A stretch of DNA of 26,327 nucleotides from Paraspadella gotoi (Eukaryota; Animalia; Chaetognatha), in contig JBJCIZ010000766.1 of assembly GCA_051294375.1 (NCBI GenBank), positions 1 through 26,327 on the forward strand, given 5' to 3'. The notes beneath the pieces are model-generated. The model searched no databases. It was not told where the DNA came from and saw only the letters and a list, made by a program, of their open reading frames with translations. How positions within the stretch are numbered: position 1 is the stretch's first letter; every line of letters begins with the position of its first letter. Positions 11,160-23,000 of the stretch are shown here, in pieces. The translations under genes and the position numbers were made by a program.

Positions 11160-12587
11160 AAATACATCAATTCGTTATGATCACGGGCTTAATGGAGATA
11201 GAAAGTTTTAGCTGAGGCTATAGCACTTACTGTACTTAATACATTGTCAAATCAGAATTTACTATTTTTTTATTTACTCTGAAAAAAGTGCATTCCCTTT
11301 TTCCCTTTAGCCTCGTTCAAACCTATTAAATAAAAATAATTATTAAGGAAAGTTATTCTTTTTTAATTTTAAAAAATTATAACTTTTTAACCGATAATTC
11401 TTTTTAAAAAATTCTTTCAGCAAAACAAAGGCAATTATTTCTTTATTCAATTCGCCGTTATTTTTTTTACAAAATATTTCACAAACATTGTTAAAAATAT
11501 CATTTTTTAAAAATTTTATCAAAAATTACCCAAAACAATAGGTTTTTAAAAAAATTTTTCTCAGTAAAAAACTAACTTAATTTATAATGCGAGGTATGTA
11601 ACAGTCAATTTTTTCCGCTCTACAAGATAGTTTGGGTTTCGTCCCTTGTAACAATAGGCGCTAACATAGTGGTACGAGCGGAGAAGCAGATGGAACGGAT
11701 GATCATTTGCTTCCTAAACATCCCTTACTTTTGCTCTTTACCATTCTCGGTTCCAGCTCATTCTCCGATGGAAGGCTGAATCGTAAACATCGAAAATAAT
11801 AATTTTCTACTATTTCACAAAAATGTAAATGTTAGAGATTGCACATTTCCTTACGGACTTGGGAACACGATTGAGCATCCATCATATTAATTTCTCTATT
11901 GACTCATCAATAACCGTAACGCCATTAGTAGTATTANNNNNNNNNNNNNNNNNNNNNNNNNATTGAAGTTAGTTGTAAAATCAGTGTTGAAACAGTTTTA
12001 TAAGGACAATCGAAATTAGCAAATCATAGAGCCCATTGAAAGAGCTGTGGAAGAGCCATTGGAAGAGCTGTGGAAGCTCAAAAGCTACAAAAAATAACCA
12101 TCTATTAATACTAATGTCCACTATTTAATAATTTCAGTAAATCAATCAATTACCTTATGGTCCCGCAGGGCAATCTCTTCAAAAAATAAAAGTTTCCTTT
12201 TTTATACAAAGACTAAATTTAATGGACAATGAAGAAGAAGATCTTCTTTAAAATTATTGAGAATTCAATCATAACTACTATTGGTAGAATTCGACCAATG
12301 AGAGTAAAGATATAAAATCATTAAAGTAGACGACTAAAACCAATTGACGTGATTCACATATTCACGAAGAGATTTGTTTGAATTAAAATCATTTCTAACA
12401 GTAAATATTTAATTAAATATTTATTATTATCATAATTATTATAACTTAAGAATTAATTAATAAATTAATTCTTCCTTCCATTCTAGGTTTGAACAAATTC
12501 CATTGTTCTTATTTGGAATTCCGCGAAAATGTACTCATCTTCTAAAATATACCTGGTAGTTCTACATTAAGTGAATTATATTTAGCT

Positions 12588-14490
12588 TGAGGGGTATTGA
12601 AGGCGTGAAGAAATAGAGGGAAAATAATGGTATATTTTCGCGAAGAGTAGAAACGAGAGAATGTATAGCTAGACAAAATATACTGAGGGGCAGAGGAGGA
12701 AAGAAGAAGAAGAGGAAGAGGAGAATTGGACGGCAGGCTAAATCCTCCTCTGCGTCCCCCTTCTTGACCAAGATGTCCAGGCCCCCAATGGCGTGGCATT
12801 ACATCGTCATGCTTCCCTCTGGACTAAAAAACAAAGACACAGAACTAAAAAAGTGAGAGAAGTCACAAACTAAAACTATGGATTTCTATCAAAGCTACTA
12901 TTTAAATGATTAAAAAGTTTATTTTTAATTTATGTCACAGTCATTGACAAATTATGCCACTTGCACCATGACTGATATTGATCCTTAAAAAAAGGGCAAT
13001 GGTAAAGTCTGAGCCAAAAATACAGCAAACTTCTGGTGCAACCATGGTCGTAAGTCTATTTCCATCAGTTTAGGGTAAGTATTTTTGCGTTTTCCAAAAG
13101 CTGGTTGCCTTCTTTGGTCTTGAGGAACACGTCGATGAGGGGGGATATAGATTTTTTCTGCGCAGAGTTTGAGGGATCATGTATTCTTTCCAGGGTCCAG
13201 TTCTTTCATTCTTGATTTTGTTTCCCATTTCTTGACCGGAGACCTGATAAGAGCAGGCTTGATTTTTGTGTTGATTCTTGTTTGAGTTGATTCTTGGCAA
13301 ATGAAGTTTCTCCATTGGATTTTTCCAGCTTGAGTTTTCACATCATTAGCATAGTCCTTTGACAGTTGGTAGGCTCGGTCTGCACTTGAGAATCAGTCTT
13401 GGCAACATTGGTTTGTGTTTGAAACTGAATCAGAAATGATGGCGGTTTGGGTAGTTTTGGAATAGGAGGTTGAGTAGGGTATTTTAGTCTGAGTTGATTT
13501 ATTGCAACTAGCCTTGGGTTTTGAGGTCTGGGTTGAAGCATTGACTTGAGTTGAATAGGTTGAGTTGAGGTGGAGACAGTTTGAGTTTTTAAAGGAAGAG
13601 GGACAATATGTGTATTCTGCACAAAGTAAGTAGATCCATTATACTTCTTGTCCAGAATTTATCGGGTTTGCATTATTAGTATGCAATCTTTTAGAAAAAT
13701 TCATCAGGTTTTCCAAGATGCCAATGATATTCTCCTTTGAGGTCATCAGAACTGATTTGATCTTTAAAGTTTATTGCGGCCCATTTTTTTTGATTATGTT
13801 CAAGATTTAGGGTAGAAAAGGTATTGGTTTTTCTGGACAGTATTTTAATTTTTTTTTTTTTTTTTTTGTCTTTCAAGGGAGCTAACGTTTTCTTTTTCCT
13901 TTTTCTTAAGAGGTTAAAGTCTAATCTTTAGCTTTCGCCATTTTTAGTTGAGAGAGAGAGTAGAGAGAGTTTGAAGCGATCTTGTTTTTTAGTTCAAAGT
14001 TTGATGTTTAGATTTTGAAAATTCCAAGTTTTTGGTTGACGAAGAGTAAAGAGAAAGGAGCAAGATATTTTTGTGATAAATATTAAGTAGGATTTTGTTT
14101 CCTAAAATTATGCAGTTTTTGTAGTGGTTTTTGTAAATAATCTTACTTTTTGGGGAGAAGATTTGTCCCAATTTAGTTGATTTCGGAGTTTCTGTTTTTG
14201 TTTTAGTGCATGCAAAGATAGTTTCTTTGATAATTTCCACGGTTTTTTTTTTTGCTGAGGGTTTGCATGGGAAACTTAAATCCACGGGGAGTAGGGGTAT
14301 CGAGCCGCGAAGATGGCAGTCACTTGTGGGGTATTGAAGGCGTGAAGAAATAGAGGGAAAAATAATGTATTATTTCGCGAAGAGTAAAAACGAGAGAATG
14401 TATCGCTAGAACAAAATATACTGAGGGGCAGGAGGAGGAGGAAAGAAGAAGAAGAGGAGAATTGGAGCGGCAGGCTAAAATCCTCCTCTG
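12588..14490 (-). mobile_element. Decayed element bounded by ~165-bp terminal direct repeats (LTR-like)
   Basis: Direct repeats at 12588-12752 and 14325-14490. Minus-strand PPT-like AAGAAGGGGGA next to the left repeat. Flanks TTTAGCT / TTTAGGT resemble a TSD. Interior has fragmented minus-strand Pro/Gln/Thr-rich ORFs with no recognisable RT. Confidence 0.55.
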
Positions 14491-16174
14491 TTTAGGTATT
14501 ATTAGTTTCAGAATTAGTTACATTTTTATAATCCTCTAGCAATCAAAGCTTTAAAGATATTTAGCAAAAAGTCCATTTTTAGCCATTTTTTTTCATTTTT
14601 TTTCAAAAGTTGGCAGCAGTTACTGTAAATTTTTTTTTTGAAAAAAGTGTTCAAAAAATTCATATAATGTCATGGGCACCTTTTACACAATACTGCGTTT
14701 TTTATTTTCAAAACTTTCTTATATAGGCAAGGTTCTAATCCCTTATGCTTTTAAGATTTTTTTATTTATCAAATGATTAATCTCTTTAATAATTATTGGT
14801 TCTGGGTCTGGTAGTAGGCTAAGTATTACATACTAATACTGATACGCTCATGCCCATCTGGGAAAAAGTATTTTTGGGCTTAAAATATAAATAATAACAA
14901 ATTGAAAATTATAGTTTTATAACGAAATTAAAACATTAAAGAAAAATATATTGTTTTATTTTATCTTTAAAAATAATTATAAGCGAAAATATTTTGATTC
15001 AGAACAATTGCCTATCTTAATTAAGAAAAACATCAATTTCTTTACCTAGGCCAATTTCAGTTATAGCTTTCGCCATTTTTAGTTGGAGAGAGAGAGAGAG
15101 AGAGTTGAAGCGATCTTGTTTTTAGGTTCAAAGTTTGATGTTTAGATTTTGAAAATTCCAAGTTTTGGTTGACGAAGAGTAAAGAGAAAGGAGCAAGATA
15201 TTTTGTGATAAATATTAAGTAGGATTTTGTTTCTAAAATTATGCAGTTTTTTTGTAGTGGTTTTGTAAAATAAAATCCTTTCTTTTTGGGGAGGAAGATT
15301 TGTCCAATTTAGTTGATTTCCGAGTTTCTGTTTTTGGTTGTTAGTGCAGAAAGATAGTTTCTTTTGATAATTTCCACGGTTTTTTTTTTGCTGAGGGTTT
15401 GCATGGGAAACTTAATCCACGGGGAGTAGGGTATCGAGCCGCGAAGATGGCGTCACTTGTGGGGTATTGAAGGCGTGAAGAAATAGAGGGAAAAATAATG
15501 GTATATTTCGCGAAGAGTAAAAACGAGAGAATGTATCGCTAGACAAAATATACTGAGGGGCAGGAGGAGGAGGAAAGAAGAAGAAGAGGAGAATTGGACG
15601 GCAGGCTAAATCCTCCTCTGTTTAGGTATTATTAGTTCAGATTAGTTACATTTTTATATCCCTCTAGCAATAAAGCTTTTAAAGATATTTAGCAAAAAGT
15701 CCATTTTTTACCATTTTTTTTCATTTTTTTTCAAAGTTGGCAGCAGTTACTGTAAATTTTTTTTTGAAAAAAAGTGTTCAAAAAATTCATATAATGTATG
15801 GGCACCTTTTACACAATACTCGTTTTTTATTTCAAAACTTTTCATATATGGCAAGGTCTAATCCTTATGCTTTTAAGATTTTTTATTTATCAAATGATTA
15901 ATCTTCTTTAATAATTTTATTGGTTCTGGGTCTGGTAGTAGCTAAGTAGTTTACATACTTAATACTGATACTCATGCCATCTGGGAAAAGTATTTTTGGG
16001 CTTAAAATATAGTAATAACAAATTGAAAATATAGTTTATAACGAAATTAAAACATTAAAAGAAAATATATTGTTTTATTTATCTTTAAAAATAATTATAA
16101 GCAAAATATTTTGATTCAGAAATTGCCTATCTTAATTAAGAAAAATCATTTCTTTACCTAGGCAATTTCAGTTA
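13929..16174. repeat. ~1.1-kb tandem duplication (13929-15063, 15064-16174)
   Basis: Both units run from TAGCTTTCGCCATTTTT to ...CAATTTCAGTTA and differ mostly by 1-bp indels. Creates a third copy of the 165-bp repeat at 15458-15620. Confidence 0.93.
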
Positions 16175-16723
16175 CACTTTGCTCAGTTAATCAGGCAAAA
16201 TATTATCTAACTTCTAAGTTCGCCCCTTACAGGGTTAAAGGGGTAGACAATTGAGGAGGCTAAGAGTAGGGGATTAATGGGTGGGGAACCCGCACCGAAG
16301 GTGGGTTAGAGTAGAGGGTCAGCGGTATGAATTGTGGGGCCAGGGGGGTAATGTGTTATTGGTATCCCGCACCTCCGCAGTCCATGACTAAGCGAGACCG
16401 TCCTAGGGTAATCGCGCCAGTGGCAGGCGGCGCCACTGAAGGTCGTTAAATGGGGAAACGCCAAAAAATGAAAAAAAATGGAAAATTTCAATAGACGAGA
16501 GTAAAGTTTCATCATATTTCTATTGTTGTTAAATTTTCAACTTTTTTGTTTACCCAACGAAATAAAAAATATTTATTGGGATCGTTTTTTCGTTCTCGAT
16601 TCGTTATTTTGTTTCGTTTCGTTTCGTTCTTTCTTTCAGACCCAGAAACTAAAGGATCGAATCCTATTCTGCCTCGATTTCTGACGAGTCCCAAACTTTT
16701 CATTTTATATTTTAACACGAGAG

Positions 16724-17003
16724 ATGGCGCATCAATCTTCCGACGCTTCTCTTCCTCATCTTCCTCCTCCCACCGACTCTATGGTGGACCTTCTCAACCG
16801 CGCCACTAATCCCTCGAACCGCGCCGACGATAGGGTTGCCATCCATGCCTTCTGCGAAAGGCTGAGCGCTGACGGCGAGGCGCCGCAACGCGCTGTCAGG
16901 CTCTTGGCCCACAAGATACAGTCGCCACAGGAGAGGGAAGCGCTGCAAGGCCTGGTAGTCTTAGAAGAGTGCGTCAAGAAGGGAGACGCGCGTCTACATC
17001 AAG
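16724..17003 (+). CDS. GGA: First coding exon of a GGA-family (ADP-ribosylation factor-binding) VHS-domain adaptor
   Basis: LLNRATNPSN...AIHAFCE...APQRAVRLLAHKIQSPQEREALQGLVVLEECVK matches the GGA VHS domain. Similarity stops at donor AAG|GTCAGA (phase 1, compatible with the expected Glu of EVGKFRFLNE). Confidence 0.9.
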
Positions 17004-17849
17004 GTCAGATTTTTTTATTTAGTAACAACGGCCTCGTTGTTATTTGGCACCTGATTTGACCCAATCTGGAGAGTCAGGCCGAGAGGGAAGTATCGTGTGC
17101 TTTCTCACACGCAAAGAATTTGTACAACTTTCGCAACTCTGTTTTGCGTTAAAGAAGTCTTGTATTAAAGACGAAACGTGCAAATTTTTATAAATATTTA
17201 CAATATATTAGCTTTCGGATAATAAAATTAAATAAAATTTTTAGTATTAATAATTCACTTTGTCGGTCCCACCCCAAAATATTGTCGGTAAATCATTATT
17301 ATCATATCATATCATTATGATAAATTATGCAAAAAAATGATGTCCGTCCGTCCATCCGTCTGTCCATCCCCCCTTAGCAAAAAACTCCAATTACTCGTGA
17401 TTGGATGGATGGATTGGTATGAAATTTTGTGTGTGGGTAGGAAACTGTGTGATTGAGATGGATATGAAGTTTCGATGGAATCGTGCGAGTGGAAATTGGT
17501 TTAAATGGAAAAAATCTATTTCACTATTTAAACACCAATTGCTCATGAGTGGATAGGGAAATTTTGTATGATGGTAGCGAAAGTGTGTGATTGAGCTGGA
17601 TATAAAGTTTAGATGGAATCGTAGGAGTGGAAAAGAGTTCAAATTAGAACCAAAAGACACATTTATTTGAATTTTTTAAAAGTTTCTCTTCTTTCTCTGA
17701 TTGATTGATTGATTGACCAAATTATGCCAATTGACAAAAAATAATGCCAATTGACGCAGAATTATTCTTTGCAAGTTGAGCCAATTATGCCAAATTGACC
17801 AAATTGTTCCAGTTGACAACAAATTATGCCAGTATGACCAATTATGGCT

Positions 17850-18292
17850 TATGAAATCAATTGAATTTCCGAGCTACGAAAGCCTATCAAAAACTATCTA
17901 AAAATTTAATGCCCGTGAGTTTCAACGAAGTGTAAGTTTATTGTAGGAAAATGTAGTGTAGGAAACACGAGGTGAAGGTGCCGTTCAAGACTCTGCAGAA
18001 TATTAATTTTTATCAAATACAATGTCGAATTACATTTTACAATTTCATCTTACATTTTGGGCAGTTAAGGATTTTTACGGTTTTTTCCTCAAAATAAATA
18101 GATCTCTGTTTCTAATTCAACTAAAACTTGTAACGTCGAAATCGTCTTAGCGGCGGCTCAAAAACGGTAGAGAAGGTTTCAGTAAATTGGCAACTCAAAT
18201 AAAACAAATAATCGACGACGCCGTAACAGCGCTAAGTACGACTGTGCAGTGCAATAACAGCTATTCAGTAAAACGTAGACTGATTCTTTACA
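17850..18292. mobile_element. 443-bp insertion in the minisatellite (solo-LTR- or MITE-like)
   Basis: Interrupts the tandem array. ATGGCT duplicated at 17844-17849 and 18293-18298. Ends ...TTACA; weak terminal complementarity (GAAATCA / TGATTC). Confidence 0.6.
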
Positions 18293-18552
18293 ATGGCTAG
18301 TTGGACACCAAATTATGCCATTTGACCAAATACATTATGACCAATTTTGACGCAAATATTATGCAGTTGACCAAGATTATGCTAGTTGACAAATATGCCA
18401 TTTTGACAAATTATGCCAGTTGAACAAATTAATGTTAATTGACCCCAAATTATGTAATTGACACAAATTTATGTTATATGACAAATTATGTCAGTTGACC
18501 CATAATTATGTCAGTTTACCAAATTATGCATTGGACCAAATTATGTACAGTT

Positions 18553-19930
18553 TGTGATGTCGCTGATGAATTCGTTGGATGTCGCAGCAAGCTTTGAGAA
18601 TAAAGTTTCAGTAACCAATTTGCTTGGTTTGTAAGATAAAATTGACTTAATAAAATATCAAAGCATATAGATATTCCGCTTGTTTTGCCAGCAAGCAATG
18701 GCAATATCTATATGGCAAAACATTGCAATAATAGTTTAATTAATCAATTAATAACAAAGTTAATAAAAGCGTAACAAATAATTAATAATTAGTAATGAGA
18801 CGAGATTTGAGTTGAGTTGCTAAATTTGTAAAACATTTGTGAAAAGGTTTTCAAGTAGAACTCAGGAGATAAGAATTATATGTCTCAGAATCAGCTGATT
18901 GTTTGGAGAAAAGCTTGATCATTTGTTTGGATAACAACAGGTAGAAATAGAAATATATAGTATGTCTATAGTGTGATAACTTAAGAAACAAGGGGTCGAT
19001 TCAATTCAACTTCATTGGCATAAAATTGGATGTACCAATTCGAAAGCTGAGCTCCTGCGATTCCGAAATGTATTCACTTAAGAGCAATTTGATGCATTTC
19101 TAACCCCATTTTATATCGGTGTTAATTATAATATAAAATAACAAAAATCCTATCTGAAGAGTTTGCAGTTCAAACGAAAGGCGCAATCCCATCCTGATAT
19201 TTTTTATGAATTATGTTATTACTGAACTAAAAAAATAGTATAATGAACATATTTTAAATTTCAACTATGTAATCGCTATGAAAGATGGAACGGGTTTTTA
19301 AACTTTAACCTGAATTTTTTCTTAACTGGAACAAGTTTATCAAAATGTCTCTCTATTACATTTTTACAAATGTGGTTTTAAGAATTGCTAATCAAAATGT
19401 TGTTTAATTCCAGATATTATTGTCAGGGTCGTTTAGGCCTGCAACCCTCTTCAATTCAGTGTAAGTTCAATTGTAGCTCGATTTCTTTACATCTATTTCA
19501 ACTGAAGATTTTGTTTCATGACTGGAAACCAAACGAGGTAAGCGAGATTGAATTGTTTAAATCTCTCCCTTCTAAAACTATCCCATACCGGGTGTTTAAC
19601 TTGTTTACCGCTAGAATTTTTTTAAACAACCAGATTGAAAAAACAATCTTTTAAAAAATGTGCTTACCCATTTAACTTAACAATTTTGTTATGTTGAGCC
19701 ACATTTAAAAAAATGATTGAAAACCCAAGAATGTTTACTATAAATAAGAACTTAATTTTTTGTTGTGATTACGTGTGACTATAACTGGTATTTCTCGAGA
19801 TTATTAGCTCTAACACATGCCAATGAATACGTATTGTGTATGCTGAATGACCTTTCCTTCTTAAAAGTAACTGAGTGGCGAACATGAGTTGACTGAGTCA
19901 TGGGGGAATAATCCCGGGATCGAATCTACA
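18553..19930 (-). repeat. 3' LTR (18553-18984 and 19865-19930), interrupted
   Basis: Aligns to 24991-25501 on both sides of an 876-bp insertion. Confidence 0.93.
18985..19860 (+). mobile_element. Kolobok-like non-autonomous DNA transposon (copy 2) inside the Gypsy 3' LTR
   Basis: TTAA at 18981-18984 and 19861-19864. The other LTR has the empty site GATAAC-TTAA-AGTAAC. Collinear with 6358-7165. Confidence 0.88.
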
Positions 19931-19938
19931 TCCCCCCC
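19931..19938 (-). promoter_or_regulatory. Polypurine tract
   Basis: + TCCCCCCC directly abuts the 3' LTR start on the minus strand. Confidence 0.85.
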
Positions 19939-20057
19939 AGACGGAAATATCTATGTTTACGGACGATTGGGCTCAAAAATAGGTAAGGTGAGAGTAAGGA
20001 ATAGATTATTACATGCTATCTAATAATGAAAATTGTGAAAAGAGAAAAAAAAAAAAT

Positions 20058-23000
20058 TCAATTCATGTTCTTCAATAAGTGGCAAAGTACAGCGTTGTAA
20101 TTTGGCCGGTTTGAACTATTTATAGTTTTGGAAGAAGTGTCTGACGGCTTTTGGAGTGAGAAACGCTCCGGGATGAGGCGTGCTTGGCGCCACGAATTCT
20201 CGTCAGGCGCTGGCGTGGGTGCTGAAATTGATTCCATCGCTGGGGAGGGAGGTGGCGCACCAAACGGCAGTAGCGGGGCCGGAGACGGAATTTGAAGGGT
20301 TCCAAAGTTTTGCTCGATGCTTTCGTTGTGGTCAGAAGTGGGCCGCTGCGCACGAGGAGGCGTTGCTGCTTCCGGTGGCGCGGTAGAGAGGGAAGAAACG
20401 TTGTTGATAGTGGCGGCCTCGTCGTCCTCATTATTGCCGTCATTCTCATCGTCGTTTACGCCTTGCCGCGGCGCCAGTTGTTGACGGCGCGTTTCGGAGC
20501 GGGTCATTCGCGTTGTTGGCGCCGGTTGACGCGTACGTGGACCCAGTCGACGACCCGGCGGCGGAGGGGGCGTCGGTGGTTGAGAGACTTGTTCTTCCCC
20601 CGACTCTTCTCTCCAGTTTGTCGCGGCCTGTTGTTGACGGCGAGTTTCTGAGCGGGTGATTCGCGTCGTCGGCGCCGGTTGACGCGTGCGTGGACCCGGC
20701 CGACGACTCGGCGGCGGAGGCGGAGGCGGCGGCGGCGGAGGCGGTTGAGAGACTTGCTCTTCTCCAGGATCTTCCTTCCAGATTGTCGCGGGCTTTATGC
20801 GAGATATCGCGATCGTCTTGATGCCTTGGCCAGGTATTTCCACGCGGAAATTCAGATTATCCCTAGAGATAATCTTATAAGGACCAAGGTACGGCGCCGT
20901 TAGCGGAGGTTTAACTCCCGAGCGTTGAATGAAAACGTGCGTTGCAGTTACTAGCGTCTCCGGGAGATAGACTCGAGGTTCTCTATGAGTCGAGGTTTCG
21001 ATGGGCTGGAGACGCTCAACTTCCAATCGAAGGTTGTTTCGCAAGGAGCGGCGATGTTCAAGGAGAGCGTTGTCGCCTGGTGGGGGTGGTAGGAGGTCGC
21101 CGGGCACGGCCAAGCCTTCGCCAAAGACCAGATCGGCTGGCGAAGCGCCGATGTCAGGCTTAATAGTCGTTCTGATCGCGAGGAGAGAGGCAGGGAGGCG
21201 CCAAAACCACTGGTGAGGCTCCTCTCTGCTTAAGGCGATGAGCGACTCCTTCAGACGGCGATGGAATCTTTCGACTAAGCCATTGGCTTGGGGATGGTAG
21301 GCAGCGGTTTGATGATGCTTGATTCCCCAAGCTTCGGCGAGTTGGGACCAGATGGCGGAGCCAAATTGAGCGCCGCGATCCGTTGTAATGTCTGAAGGTA
21401 TGCCAAAGGTCGAGATCCAGCCGTGCGTGAGCGTGTCAACGACGGTTGTGGCCGTCATATCCTTCATGGGAAGTGCAGTTGGCCAACGAGTAAATCGGTC
21501 CACTACAGTTAACAAATAACCATAGTCGTTTGAAATTGGCATCACGGTGATGTCGACATTGAGGTGTTGAAATCTTTTTGCCGGTACTTCGAACTCGCCG
21601 ATGTTTGGAACCGTATGTCGGGTGACCTTTGACTGCTGACACGCCAGGCATTCGCGGGCCCAGCGCGTGGTGTCCGCTCGAAGAGATGGCCAGACAAATT
21701 TTGCCGCTATTGCCTCCCTGGTCCTTGCGACGCCGGGGTGGCCGAGTCCGTGGACGGCATCAAAAATTTTTCTTCGCCATGCCTCTGGAACAAAAGGCCG
21801 GGCAGGGCCATTGCTGACGTCGACGACGAGCTGCTGGTCACCAACTGTGACCCTTCGAAAACGCAGTCCAGTGCGAGCGTCTCTTGAGAGGCTCTGGTAA
21901 TCCTTGTCCAAGACTTGATGGCGCGCCATCTCCTCGAGGTCGATGCCCTCGTGGCCGATTGCGTTGATGGTGCTTTTAAGGTCCAGGATCTTGTTGATGG
22001 GAATAGACTGTTCGATGGAGGCGATAGCTGGAGGCGGATTTGGCCTTGAGAGAGCGTCGGCGACTACGTTTGCCTTGCCGCGCACATGGCGAATGTCAGT
22101 GGTGAATTCGCTAATCACTGACAGCTGGAAGTTGTGGCGTGTTGTCTGCGGCTCTGCTCGTTTGTGGAGGGCGTGTATCAGTGACTGGTGATCGGTATAG
22201 AGGGTGAAGGAACGCCCCTCTAACCAATGCCGAAAATGCCTCACGGCTCTGAATGCTCCATAGAGCTCGCGATCAAATGGAGGCCATCGTCGCTGAGAGT
22301 CGTCAAGTTTGGCGGAAAAAAAGGCCAAGGGCTCCCACCCTTGGTCAGATCGTTGCTCGAGAACGGCTCCAACCGCTGTGTCCGAGGCGTCGGTGGTCAG
22401 AGCCAGCTGTGCATTGGTTCTTGGGTGACGTAGCAGCGCAGCGTTGGCGAGGGCATCCTTGACAGCCTCAAAAGCTTTGGCACAGTCTTCAGTCCAAACC
22501 AATTGCTTAGGTTTGCCGGCCAAGGAGTCGTAGAGGGCGGTGGCGTGATGGGCAGCCTTGGGGAGGAAACGTCGATAATAATTGACCATCCCCAGAAATC
22601 TCTGTAACTCTTTGATTGTTGTCGGCGGGTTGGTGGCGCGAATTGCATCCACCTTTTGTGGCAAAGGTTTGACGCCAGATGAATCGACGAGATATCCAAG
22701 AAACTCAAGAGATTCCTTTCCCAGCACACACTTCTTTCGATTTACTACCAAACCGTTGGCGGCGAGGGCCTTGAAGACATTGTTGAGGTCTTGGACATGC
22801 TGCTCAGCGGACTCACTGGCGACCAAGATGTCATCCAAGTAGACATAAGTGTGGGGAATGTCCCCAAGGATCTCGTCCATCATCCTTTGAAAGTCCTGTC
22901 CTGCGTTCTTCAACCCAAATGGGGTTCTTAAGAACACGAACAGACCAAATGGCGTGATGACGGCCGTCTTTGCGACATCTTCATCTGCGACCGGTATCTG

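Noticed and set aside
16681-16695. CTGACGAGTCCCAAA resembles the first half of a hammerhead core and stem II
   Set aside because: No closing GGAC-GAAA follows; treated as coincidence.
17004-17059. C-terminal end of the 111-aa ORF as part of GGA
   Set aside because: Read-through past the splice donor; VHS similarity ends at 17003.
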